Shown one piece after another: positions 10,309 to 19,600 of a stretch of 64,000 nucleotides of DNA. Position 1 is the stretch's first letter. Each line of letters starts with the position of its first letter. The DNA is from an uncultured Gammaproteobacteria bacterium. Lineage in GTDB: Bacteria > Patescibacteriota > Microgenomatia > Daviesbacterales > UBA10151. The notes under the pieces are model-generated. The model had not been told where the DNA came from. It saw only the letters and a program-made list of their open reading frames with translations, and did no database searches. Both the position numbers and the translations under genes were made by a program. The DNA is taken from contig CAZFYQ010000001.1 in assembly GCA_964523905.1 (NCBI GenBank), positions 40,718 through 104,717 on the forward strand. Direction: 5' to 3'.

Positions 10309-11899
10309 ACTAAAAAAAATACATTACAAATTTCCATTGTATATTTTCTTTTTTCCCTGGTATTCAATACTTTTTTTATATAACAATAACTTTGTTAAAT
10401 TGCCGCTTAAGGTTGTTATTTTGCCGCTTTTGGTGATCACCATAATCTGTCTAGTATTCTGGTTGATTTTAAACTTATTTTTTAAAGGGTCAATTAAGGC
10501 AGGAATTGTAGTGGGGTTTTTGCTGTTAATTACTTTTATGTATGGGCCGCTGCATCAATTTGCCTATTTTGACGCTTTTAATATTGGGCCTGTTCCGATT
10601 GACTGGAGCTGGTTTTATACGATTCTCTCAGCACTTATAATGATTGGTTTAGTGCTTTTTTTAATCAGAGCCAAAAGAGAATTAGTACGTCTTAACAAAA
10701 TTTTAAACGTTGGAGGAGTGATCTTAATGATTTTGGTGCTGGTGCCATTAATTTACAATTACTCAAAAATTCATCTTAATTTTAACCAAAATTCATCTGA
10801 TCAAAGCGGAGACTCTGAAACAGTTTCCGGAACTAATGTTATAGATAAACCGGATATTTATTACATTATTCCTGATGATTACGGTGCTCCGCAAACAATG
10901 AAGGAAGATTATCAGTATGATGCCAGCAGTTTTACAAAATACTTAACTGATAAAGGTTTTTATATCGCAGATCAAAGTAAAACTAATTATCCCTATTCGA
11001 CTTTTATGATTGCCAGTGCTTTAAGTATGAATTATTTAAACACTCAGACCCAGCCAAAAATTAAAAATCAGCCGGGAGGAACAGTAATCAACAATATTAT
11101 CAATAATTCTAAAGCAGTGCATTTTCTTAAATCACAAGGATATAGTTTTTTTAATGTCGGTAGTTGGTATGATCCTTTAAGAAATAATGATTCAGCGGAT
11201 ATTAATTTTGTATATGATAATAAATTAAGACTGGATGAATTTTCCAATACCTTACTGCATAACACAATTTTTTATCCTTTAGTGCTTCGCTACTTTGGTT
11301 TATCCGGTCGGCCCAACCAAATTGCCAACATTAATTATCAATTTCAAGCTTTACAACAAATGCCCAGTCAAATCAGTCCAAAATTTGTATTTATTGACTT
11401 GTTAGCCCCGCATACTCCATGGATCTTTAACGAAAACTGTGACGTGGTGTATCATTTACAAAAAGATCCAGCGATTGTTAAATTCCTTCCAGAAGTTAAC
11501 TGTGTTAACAAAAGATTAATGACTGCCATAGATGCTATATTAAAAAATTCCAAAACCCCACCAATCATTATCTTGCAAACTGACGAGGGGGCCAAAGATG
11601 GTAATAATCAGGCTATTAAATATCCTAATAAAACTGGAGTAGTAGGTGGATTTAAAGGTTCATCAATAGATACCAATCTGGAAAGAGTAAGGATATTAAA
11701 TGCCTTTTATTTGCCCGGAAGCAGTAAGAATTTATTATATCCGGATATAACACCGGTTAATACATTCAGAGTAATTTTTAATGAATATTTTAATGCTAAT
11801 TTACCACTATTGCCGGATAAAGTTTATACGTTTGATGATTATGATTTGCTTTATAGATTTATATTTAATGATATTACTGACCAAGTTAAAGGTAAATAA
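10301..11899 (+). CDS. membrane protein with C-terminal alkaline-phosphatase-superfamily (sulfatase / LTA-synthase-like) domain
   Basis: Five N-terminal TMs followed by an extracytoplasmic domain beginning DIYYIIPDDYG, reminiscent of sulfatase/phosphoglycerol-transferase cores; 8-bp overlap with the upstream MTase. Confidence 0.4.
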   Translation: MSKLKKIHYKFPLYIFFFPWYSILFLYNNNFVKLPLKVVILPLLVITIICLVFWLILNLFFKGSIKAGIVVGFLLLITFMYGPLHQFAYFDAFNIGPVPIDWSWFYTILSALIMIGLVLFLIRAKRELVRLNKILNVGGVILMILVLVPLIYNYSKIHLNFNQNSSDQSGDSETVSGTNVIDKPDIYYIIPDDYGAPQTMKEDYQYDASSFTKYLTDKGFYIADQSKTNYPYSTFMIASALSMNYLNTQTQPKIKNQPGGTVINNIINNSKAVHFLKSQGYSFFNVGSWYDPLRNNDSADINFVYDNKLRLDEFSNTLLHNTIFYPLVLRYFGLSGRPNQIANINYQFQALQQMPSQISPKFVFIDLLAPHTPWIFNENCDVVYHLQKDPAIVKFLPEVNCVNKRLMTAIDAILKNSKTPPIIILQTDEGAKDGNNQAIKYPNKTGVVGGFKGSSIDTNLERVRILNAFYLPGSSKNLLYPDITPVNTFRVIFNEYFNANLPLLPDKVYTFDDYDLLYRFIFNDITDQVKGK

Positions 11900-11943
11900 C
11901 CTCTTTAAGGTTTTTCTCAGCTAATTTGCAGTATAATTTAGGC

Positions 11944-12621
11944 ATGAGAATACTGGTAGTTGAGGATGAACATAAAATTGCCAACTCAATTAAAAAAGGT
12001 TTAGAACAAGAGACCTATGCAGTGGATGTGGCTTTTACCGGTCAAGACGGATATGACATGTCTGCTAGTGAAGAATATGACTTGATAATTTTAGATGTTT
12101 TACTTCCCGGGATGAGTGGAATTGAAATCTGTCAGAAGCTTAGGCAGGAACAAAACCACACTCCGGTACTAATGTTGACTGCCAAAGGTCAAATAGAAGA
12201 TAAGGTTAGCGGTTTGGATGCCGGTGCAGATGATTATTTAACTAAACCATTTGCTTTTGAAGAATTGTTAGCCAGAATAAGAGCTCTAACCAGGCGTCCC
12301 AAAAATAGTATTGGAACCGTATTAAACTGCGAAGATTTAAGTTTAAATACCACCACCTATGAGGCCACCAGGGATGGGAAAATTATCAGTCTAACCAGCA
12401 AGGAATATGCCTTATTAGAATATTTACTGCGCCACAAAAACCAAGTCTTAACTCGGGATCAGATCATTAATCACATTTGGGATTATGATGCTGACGTGTT
12501 GCCTAATACGGTGGAAGTGTATATTGGTTATTTGCGAAATAAGGTTGACCAGCAATTTCCTGATAAAAAACCTTTAATCAAAACCGTGAGGGGGTTTGGT
12601 TATAAAATTAGTGGAGATTGA
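11944..12621 (+). CDS. OmpR-family response regulator
   Basis: Receiver domain (DD..D..K pattern; ILDVLLPGMSG) plus winged-helix output domain (LTSKEYALLEYLL..VLTRDQI). Confidence 0.9.
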   Translation: MRILVVEDEHKIANSIKKGLEQETYAVDVAFTGQDGYDMSASEEYDLIILDVLLPGMSGIEICQKLRQEQNHTPVLMLTAKGQIEDKVSGLDAGADDYLTKPFAFEELLARIRALTRRPKNSIGTVLNCEDLSLNTTTYEATRDGKIISLTSKEYALLEYLLRHKNQVLTRDQIINHIWDYDADVLPNTVEVYIGYLRNKVDQQFPDKKPLIKTVRGFGYKISGD

Positions 12622-12657
12622 CAACCTTGCCTTTTTGACTTTGTCAAAAACTTAAAA

Positions 12658-13653
12658 TTGATATTTATGTTTACCAAAGCGCGACTTAAATTAACTGCCT
12701 GGTATTTATTAATCATCATGTTGGTTAGTGTGGCTTTTAGCGTGGCAATTTATCAGGTGCTAAGTAGTGAACTAAGTAGAGTTGAAAGAATCCAGCGATT
12801 AAGACAGTTGGAAAGAAGATTTCAGCCAGCCATTGATCCGGAGGTAATGGAGGAAGAAAAAAATAGATTAAAGGTTATCTTGATCTTAATTAACCTGGGA
12901 GTTTTAAGTATTGCCGGTATTGCCGGGTATTTTCTGGCCGGTAGGACTCTTCAGCCGATTAAGCAAATGGTTGAGGAACAAAATCGCTTTATTACCGATG
13001 CCTCTCATGAACTGCGTACCCCAATAACTACGATGAAGACAGAAATAGAGGTTAATCTAAGGGATAAAAAAATCAGCAAGGAGTCAAAAAAACTACTACA
13101 GTCTAATCTGGAGGAAGTTAATCATTTGCAATTATTATCGGACAATTTGATCAGACTGACGCAGTATCAAAAAAGCAATCACAATATTAATTTTGATGAT
13201 GTTTCAATTAAAGAAATTACCAGTGAAGCTATTAAAAAAGTTGCTACTTTGGCTAAACATAAACATATCAAAATCCAAAAATCGGTCAAAGAAGTGGTAT
13301 TTAAAGGAGATAGACAGAGTTTGATCGAAATGCTGGTAATTTTTTTAGACAATGCCATTAAATATACTAAGAAAAATACCACTGTTAGTTTAATTGCTAA
13401 AGCGGTTGATGGTGATTTACTAATTACCATAGGAGACCAGGGGATTGGTATTGAAAGTAGAGACCTGCCTTTTTTGTTTGACCGCTTTTACCGGGTGGAT
13501 AAATCCCGTACGAAATCTGATGTGGAAGGATTTGGCTTGGGTTTATCAATTGCCAAACAAATAATTGAAAAACATGGAGGAAGAATTAATGTAGAAAGCA
13601 CCTTAAATAAAGGTACTACGTTTACCGTCATCTTACCGGTTAAAAACTTCTAA
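12658..13653 (+). CDS. sensor histidine kinase (two TMs, HisKA + HATPase_c)
   Basis: H-box DASHELRTPIT, N-box LDNAIKYT, G-boxes DQGIGI and GFGLGLSIA. Confidence 0.9.
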   Translation: MIFMFTKARLKLTAWYLLIIMLVSVAFSVAIYQVLSSELSRVERIQRLRQLERRFQPAIDPEVMEEEKNRLKVILILINLGVLSIAGIAGYFLAGRTLQPIKQMVEEQNRFITDASHELRTPITTMKTEIEVNLRDKKISKESKKLLQSNLEEVNHLQLLSDNLIRLTQYQKSNHNINFDDVSIKEITSEAIKKVATLAKHKHIKIQKSVKEVVFKGDRQSLIEMLVIFLDNAIKYTKKNTTVSLIAKAVDGDLLITIGDQGIGIESRDLPFLFDRFYRVDKSRTKSDVEGFGLGLSIAKQIIEKHGGRINVESTLNKGTTFTVILPVKNF

Positions 13654-13674
13654 GATTTTTTGGTAAGATAAAAG

Positions 13675-14172
13675 ATGCATATGAAAAAAATTCTGCTATC
13701 GATAACAGTTATTTTTAGTTTTCTATTTTATTCCTGGCACCAACGCACAGAAAGTTCTGATGAAGGCGTAGTTGTGGCTCCACCCCCTTCGGTAACTAGT
13801 ACACCACAGCCAACTAGTGCGCCGGTTTCCAATGGTCCTTTAGTTACCAATACTCCGCCCACATCAACTACAGCTCCAGCAAAAGGGCAATACAGGGACG
13901 GTCAATACACCGGCTCAGTGGAAGATGCTTTTTATGGACCATATCAAGTGAAAGCCATTGTTAGCGGTGGAAAAATTACCGATATCCATTTTTTACAAAC
14001 ACCCAATGATCGTCAGACTTCAATAGAGATTAATTCACAGGCCTCACCTTTGTTAAAACAAGAAGCCATACAAGTTCAAAGCGCCCAGGTGGATATTATT
14101 TCCGGGGCTACTCAGTCCAGCGAAGGTTTCCAAAGGTCGTTACAATCAGCTTTAAATCAGGCCAAAACTTAA
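13675..14172 (+). CDS. secreted/membrane-anchored FMN-binding domain protein (flavinylation substrate)
   Basis: Signal-anchor, P/T-rich linker, then FMN_bind-like domain ending in the ApbE flavinylation motif D-I-I-S-G-A-T (14090-14119). Confidence 0.75.
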   Translation: MHMKKILLSITVIFSFLFYSWHQRTESSDEGVVVAPPPSVTSTPQPTSAPVSNGPLVTNTPPTSTTAPAKGQYRDGQYTGSVEDAFYGPYQVKAIVSGGKITDIHFLQTPNDRQTSIEINSQASPLLKQEAIQVQSAQVDIISGATQSSEGFQRSLQSALNQAKT

Positions 14173-14176
14173 ACCT

Positions 14177-14905
14177 ATGAAACAAACTAAAATTTTAATG
14201 GGCATGCCAATTATTGTAGAGGTGGTTGATAAGCAAGTTAAAAAAGCTGATCTTAATGCGATATATGATTATTTTAAACTGGTTGATGAAAAATTCAGTA
14301 CTTATAAAAGTAGTAGTGAAATTAGCAAGATTAATGATTTAAGATTAATGATTAAAGATAGCAGTAGGGAAATGAGAAAGATATTTAAATTAGCCGAGCA
14401 AACGAAACAGCAGACTAATGGCTTTTTTGATATCCAAAGAAATGGCAGTTTTGATCCTTCCGGCATTGTCAAAGGTTGGGCGATTGATCAGGCGGCTAAA
14501 TTAATTAAGCAAAAAGGTTTTAACAATTTTTATATCAATGCTGGTGGAGATATTCAATCATCCGGGAAAAACAAATCCGGTAAAAACTGGACTGTTGGTA
14601 TTCGTAATCCCTTTAAGACAGCAGAGATTATCAAAGTAGTTACCCCAAGAGGCAAAGGAATTGCAACATCCGGGACTTATGAACGTGGCCGGCACATCTG
14701 GTCTAAGCAGCAGATTGAAGATATTGTTAGCCTGACTGTAATCGGGCCTAATATTTATGAGGCAGACCGTTTTGCGACAGCCGCCTTTGCCATGGGAAAA
14801 TCCGGAATTAATTTTATTGAACAGTTAAGTGGTTTTGAAGGATATATGATTGATAAGGCTGGGATGGCCACTTACACCAGTGGATTTGAAAGGTTTGTGG
14901 CATGA
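14177..14905 (+). CDS. apbE: FAD:protein FMN transferase (ApbE family), short form
   Basis: ApbE-like motifs FDPSGIVKGWA and YINAGGDI..GIRNP; 242 aa. Confidence 0.75.
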   Translation: MKQTKILMGMPIIVEVVDKQVKKADLNAIYDYFKLVDEKFSTYKSSSEISKINDLRLMIKDSSREMRKIFKLAEQTKQQTNGFFDIQRNGSFDPSGIVKGWAIDQAAKLIKQKGFNNFYINAGGDIQSSGKNKSGKNWTVGIRNPFKTAEIIKVVTPRGKGIATSGTYERGRHIWSKQQIEDIVSLTVIGPNIYEADRFATAAFAMGKSGINFIEQLSGFEGYMIDKAGMATYTSGFERFVA

Positions 14906-16389
14906 ATTTAATTGATGATTTTTTAAATGGCATCACCATGTATCGGCTGCTGTTTTATTTTTTGCTGATACTAGTAGCCTGGGCAGCCGGACTGGCTTTT
15001 TTTGGACTGGTACCATTTAATCCGCTGACTTTACTGGCCTCTGTAACTTTTCTGATGCTGGTGGGCTGGGTTACTAACACGATTTTTGCCAAGACTTTTA
15101 AAGCAGTGACTAATCTTGAATCAATTTATATCACCACTTTGATTTTAAGTTTAATTATTACCCTTAGTTTAGACTTACATCATTTAATTTTTATGTTTTG
15201 GGTGGCGGTGTGGGCCTCTGCCTCTAAATTTATCTTTGCTATTAAAAAGAAAGCTATTTTTAATCCGGCTGCTATTGGAGTTTATTTAACCGGCCTGGGA
15301 ATTGTCGGGTCGGCTTCCTGGTGGGTAGGAACTGCTTGGATGATGCCAGCGGTTTTAATTGGCGGGTTTTTAATCGTTAAAAAGATCAAACGCTTTGAGT
15401 TATTTTTTACTTTCATGGCAGTAGCTTTGGTGACGATTATTGGTTTAACCGCCATTAATGGCAATGTTGACTTATCAATTATTAATAAAATCTTTCTCGA
15501 TTCTCCAATATTATTTTTTGGGATGATTATGTTAACTGAGCCTTTAACTACACCGCCAAACAGAAGCTTACGTTTTGTCTACGGCGCATTGGTAGGGTTC
15601 TTATATGCGCCGCAGTTCCATTTGGGTAGTTTTAATACCACTCCGGAGCTGGCTTTAGTAATAGGGAATATTTTTTCTTATCTGGTTTCTCCCAAAGAGC
15701 GTTTGCTACTGAAATTAAAGCAGAAAATTCAACTTAGTCCGGATACTTTTGATTTCGTGTTCGGACTGGATGCGCCGATTAAATATACTGCCGGACAATT
15801 TATGGAATGGACGCTGAGCCAGAAAAACCCGGATACGCGGGGCTCTCGGCGCTATTTTACTTTGGCCTCAAGTCCAACTGAGGATAGTTTACGCATTGGG
15901 GTGAAGTTTTATCCGAATGGAAGCTCTTGGAAAAAGACTTTAATGGAAATGCCAATTGGTGGAGAACTGGTGGCTGCCCAAGTAGCAGGAGAATTTACTT
16001 TACCAAAAGACCCGATTAAAAAGCTGGTATTTGTAGCAGGGGGTATTGGAGTAACCCCTTATCGCTCGATTATCAAATACTTAATGGATAAAAAGGAGCT
16101 TAGGGATATTGTATTAATTTACTCAGTGAAAGCTGATGTTGATGCAGTCTATATGGATTTATTTAATCAGGCTGCCAGTAGCATCGGTCTTAGAAATATC
16201 GTTAATGTTAGTGATAGGACGGGTATGGTTACAGGGGAAATGATTGCCCGGGATATTCCGGATTTTAAAGAGAGGACTTTTTATTTGTCAGGACCTCATG
16301 GAATGGTGGACGGATTTGAGAAAACTCTGGGAGGTCTTGGAGTTCCTGGCGGACAAATTAAAACTGATTATTTCCCCGGTTATGCTTAG
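14902..16389 (+). CDS. membrane oxidoreductase: polytopic N-terminal domain fused to FNR-like FAD/NAD(P)H-binding reductase domain
   Basis: About 270 aa with seven predicted TMs, then FAD motif RRYFTLASSP (RxYS/T), NAD(P) motif GGIGVTP and C-terminal YLSGPHGM. Confidence 0.7.
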   Translation: MNLIDDFLNGITMYRLLFYFLLILVAWAAGLAFFGLVPFNPLTLLASVTFLMLVGWVTNTIFAKTFKAVTNLESIYITTLILSLIITLSLDLHHLIFMFWVAVWASASKFIFAIKKKAIFNPAAIGVYLTGLGIVGSASWWVGTAWMMPAVLIGGFLIVKKIKRFELFFTFMAVALVTIIGLTAINGNVDLSIINKIFLDSPILFFGMIMLTEPLTTPPNRSLRFVYGALVGFLYAPQFHLGSFNTTPELALVIGNIFSYLVSPKERLLLKLKQKIQLSPDTFDFVFGLDAPIKYTAGQFMEWTLSQKNPDTRGSRRYFTLASSPTEDSLRIGVKFYPNGSSWKKTLMEMPIGGELVAAQVAGEFTLPKDPIKKLVFVAGGIGVTPYRSIIKYLMDKKELRDIVLIYSVKADVDAVYMDLFNQAASSIGLRNIVNVSDRTGMVTGEMIARDIPDFKERTFYLSGPHGMVDGFEKTLGGLGVPGGQIKTDYFPGYA

Positions 16390-16649
16390 GGCAGGCTATT
16401 CAAAAGATCCTGCGAACTGCCTGGGTTAAATCTAATATGCGCTGTAGTGGCATTAGTAGTACAGTTCACACCTGAGCAGCTGACCGGTTGATTATTTTGA
16501 TCAGTCACCGTAAAAGACTGGGAAACATCGAATTCCGCCTTCGCTTTATGAGTTTGTTGTTGTCTGACCAGAATTACTGCTGCAACTAGTCCTAACAACA
16601 GTACTAAGATTAATCCTAAGGTCAGAATGTTTTTTCTAGTTAACTGCAT
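16386..16649 (-). CDS. small hypothetical membrane-anchored protein (last gene of giant-protein operon)
   Basis: 87 aa; N-terminal TM (LTLGLILVLLLGLVAAVILV), Cys-containing tail; 19-nt gap to the giant gene. Confidence 0.5.
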   Translation of the reverse strand: MQLTRKNILTLGLILVLLLGLVAAVILVRQQQTHKAKAEFDVSQSFTVTDQNNQPVSCSGVNCTTNATTAHIRFNPGSSQDLLNSLP

Positions 16650-16668
16650 ATTCTTAACTTATCATATT

Positions 16669-19600
16669 TTAAGGTGAAACTACAAACGGTATGCCAGTCC
16701 GATTATTAGCGGGATTATTATCATTGACTTGGTTATAAAAATCAGCGATGACTGCAAAACAATAATTACCTGCCTCAGTTGGAGTCCAGGAATTAGGGTA
16801 AGAGAAATGTTGGCTAGACCCAGGATTTAGCTGGTTGGTTGCCGGTATAGTAGAGATAAAAGTAGTGAAGCTGACCGTAGTATCACAAATATTACTTGGG
16901 TTGGAAGAACGAATTACTCCCAAGGCGGTAGTGGTTGGATTAAGCGCCACCGTACCTAAATTGGCTGTATCAGCCTCAAAACTGACTGGTTGCCCTACGG
17001 TTGGTGATTGTGGCGACAAGCTTAAATTTTCGGCAGCAATATCAGTAATAATAGAGGGTGCCGGATTAATAATAACCGGAGATGGTTCTGGTGTTGAAGT
17101 AGGAGGTGAATAAGGTCTCTGAAAGATTAAAGACCGGGAAATAGTTTGTTGCTGTCCGTTTTGATCAAGGTAAGTAATAGTCATTAAATATGAGGTATTG
17201 GCATTTAAATCAAGATCAAGACCAGAAGAATTGTTTGGATAAATTTCCTGGTCATTAACAGTGATTCTAAGTAATTGTTTTTGGTGGGTGGTAGGAGTGG
17301 TGAGTGTTGGTGTTGGGGTATTAGCACTTGGTGCGGAACCAGTGCAGACTAAGTTGCCACAAGTTAAAGTAACATTGGCATCACAAGTAGAGGTGATCTG
17401 GTTTTGGTAAGTACAACCATCTGTTGGAGCAGGACATGAAATGCTGCGACAATTGGGATGATTGCGAGACGGTGTCGGGGTCGGTGCGGCTTCTTCAATA
17501 ATTGGCGCGTTGGTTGGTACTATATTTCCACCTAACTGGTATTCGCAGCGCTTAAGAATAGTAGGTGCAGGATCACTGCCAAAAGTACCGTTGCCACAAA
17601 CATAAGTACCTTGGGCAAAGACTTTAGTTATAAATTGCCCATTAGCTCCAAAGCGGACTGTTGCATTACCCGGTATACTACAGTTTTCAAATTCATTACT
17701 ACAGAAAGTCCAACCAGTATCAGTTGGACTGGTAGTGGGGCTAACAGCCGGTCTTTGGAAAACTAAAGAGCGGGTGGCGGTTTGTTGATGGCCCTGGGAA
17801 TCAAGATAAGTGATTTCCATTAAATAGGCACTACTGGAATTTAAATTAAGATCAATTCCATTTGGATTTTGTGGATAAATTTGTTGTCCGTTAACAGTAA
17901 TACTAATTAATTGTTTTTGGTGGGTAGTACTGGTAGGACTGATAGTTGATGGTGCATTATTTTTCCAACTTCTCATTTCTTGGAAAGCTGGTTTAGGTGA
18001 GCCATTAGGGCTCATCAGTCCTAAATAGCAATACCAGCCAAATTCTGAACTGATTTGCTGCTGGTTACAGTTAACATCAGCCAATGAGACATAATTAATA
18101 GCGGCGATTGATTTTCCATTATTTTTTGCCTGATCAACCATTTGCCTTAAACGATTGATATAAGCAGATTGAGCATCAGGAGAGGCTGGGAAACTTTGCC
18201 AGGAAGTGCTAATCCACCCGGTCTCTGAGATGAATAAAGGTAGATTAGAACCGGATGAATCAATAATACTACTTAACAGGTTTGTGGGAATATTGTTAAT
18301 ATCACTGCCATAACTAAATTCCGGATACAAAGAGACTGCTAAGACATCCACTTTGTTATTAAAATCAGCCAGTTCCTGTCTTAAATCAGAATTGGCAGTA
18401 AAACTAACAGCCACTTGGGTATTACTGCTTACTGCTTTAATGGCATCATAGGCTTTGGGGTAAAGGGTATGAGCAAAATAATTATAATCAGTCTGGTTAG
18501 CGTTTTTATAAGTATTAACCTCCAGGCCAATCAGGAGATATTTTGGATGGTAAGTCCGAGCAATATCAACCATTGTATTAATAAAGGAGTTATTATCCGG
18601 ATTAGAATACTGGTTTTGGAAAGTCACAGGAGTGGAGTCACTGCAATGATCAGTTCCATCACTGGATGCCACCTTATTTCTGCTATTACAAAGAGGATCA
18701 AAGGCAATATATGTATCAAGTCCAGCATTTTTTGAATCGTTTACATCGGTGCTAATATCCGGATTATGTAAGTCATTCCAACTTCTTTGAATATAAGCCA
18801 AACTAGCAACATCGTTAGCGCTATTCCAGCCGGTTTGACCTGAAACACTAGTTCCGGGAGAAAAAAACTTGACACCTAATTTGAAGTTTACTGGTTGGGG
18901 ATTTGCTGGAGAAGTAGGATTAGGAGTAGGACTTGCAGCAGGAGTGTGAGAAGCTGAATTTGTTGCTGTATTAACCTGGCAGTTGGCAGTAGCAGTTGTT
19001 CCCCCTGATTTTACAGTCACTGTAGCTTGATAAGTACCGGGAATGGCATAGTCAACTTGAGCAGTTTTACCGTCAAGCCCGGAATAATAATGACTGGCAG
19101 GATCGCCGCTCCAGGAGTAATCATAGGTACCATTACCGGCAGTAGCATTGGCAGTCCAGATAACTGTATCAGCAGGAGTACCAAGTGGTCCAGGTTTGGG
19201 ATAGGCAGCAGAGCAAGTCACTTGAACTGGAGTCGTGCAAGCTGGAGTGACAAGTACGTGACTGGTGCCGTCAAATGATCCGGCAGGATTACCAGCCGAC
19301 ATAATATATTGATAACTGGTGCCGGAAACTAGATCCGGTGCTGCTCCGTCAAAACCGGAAAAATCAGCCGGATCGTTTTTGATAATACCGCTGGCAGCAT
19401 TATCAGTTGGCGGAATATTAGCGTAAGCATAATTATGGTCTACCCAGATACTGTCGTGATAACCATCAGGATTTTGTATAAAGCTATATGGTGACAGAGT
19501 TCTGACAATATAGACCGCGTCTCCTGAGGAAGGCCTTAAATTTAAACTAACTTTAGGAGTAGTGCCATCACAACTGACATCAACTGATACAGGAAACCCT

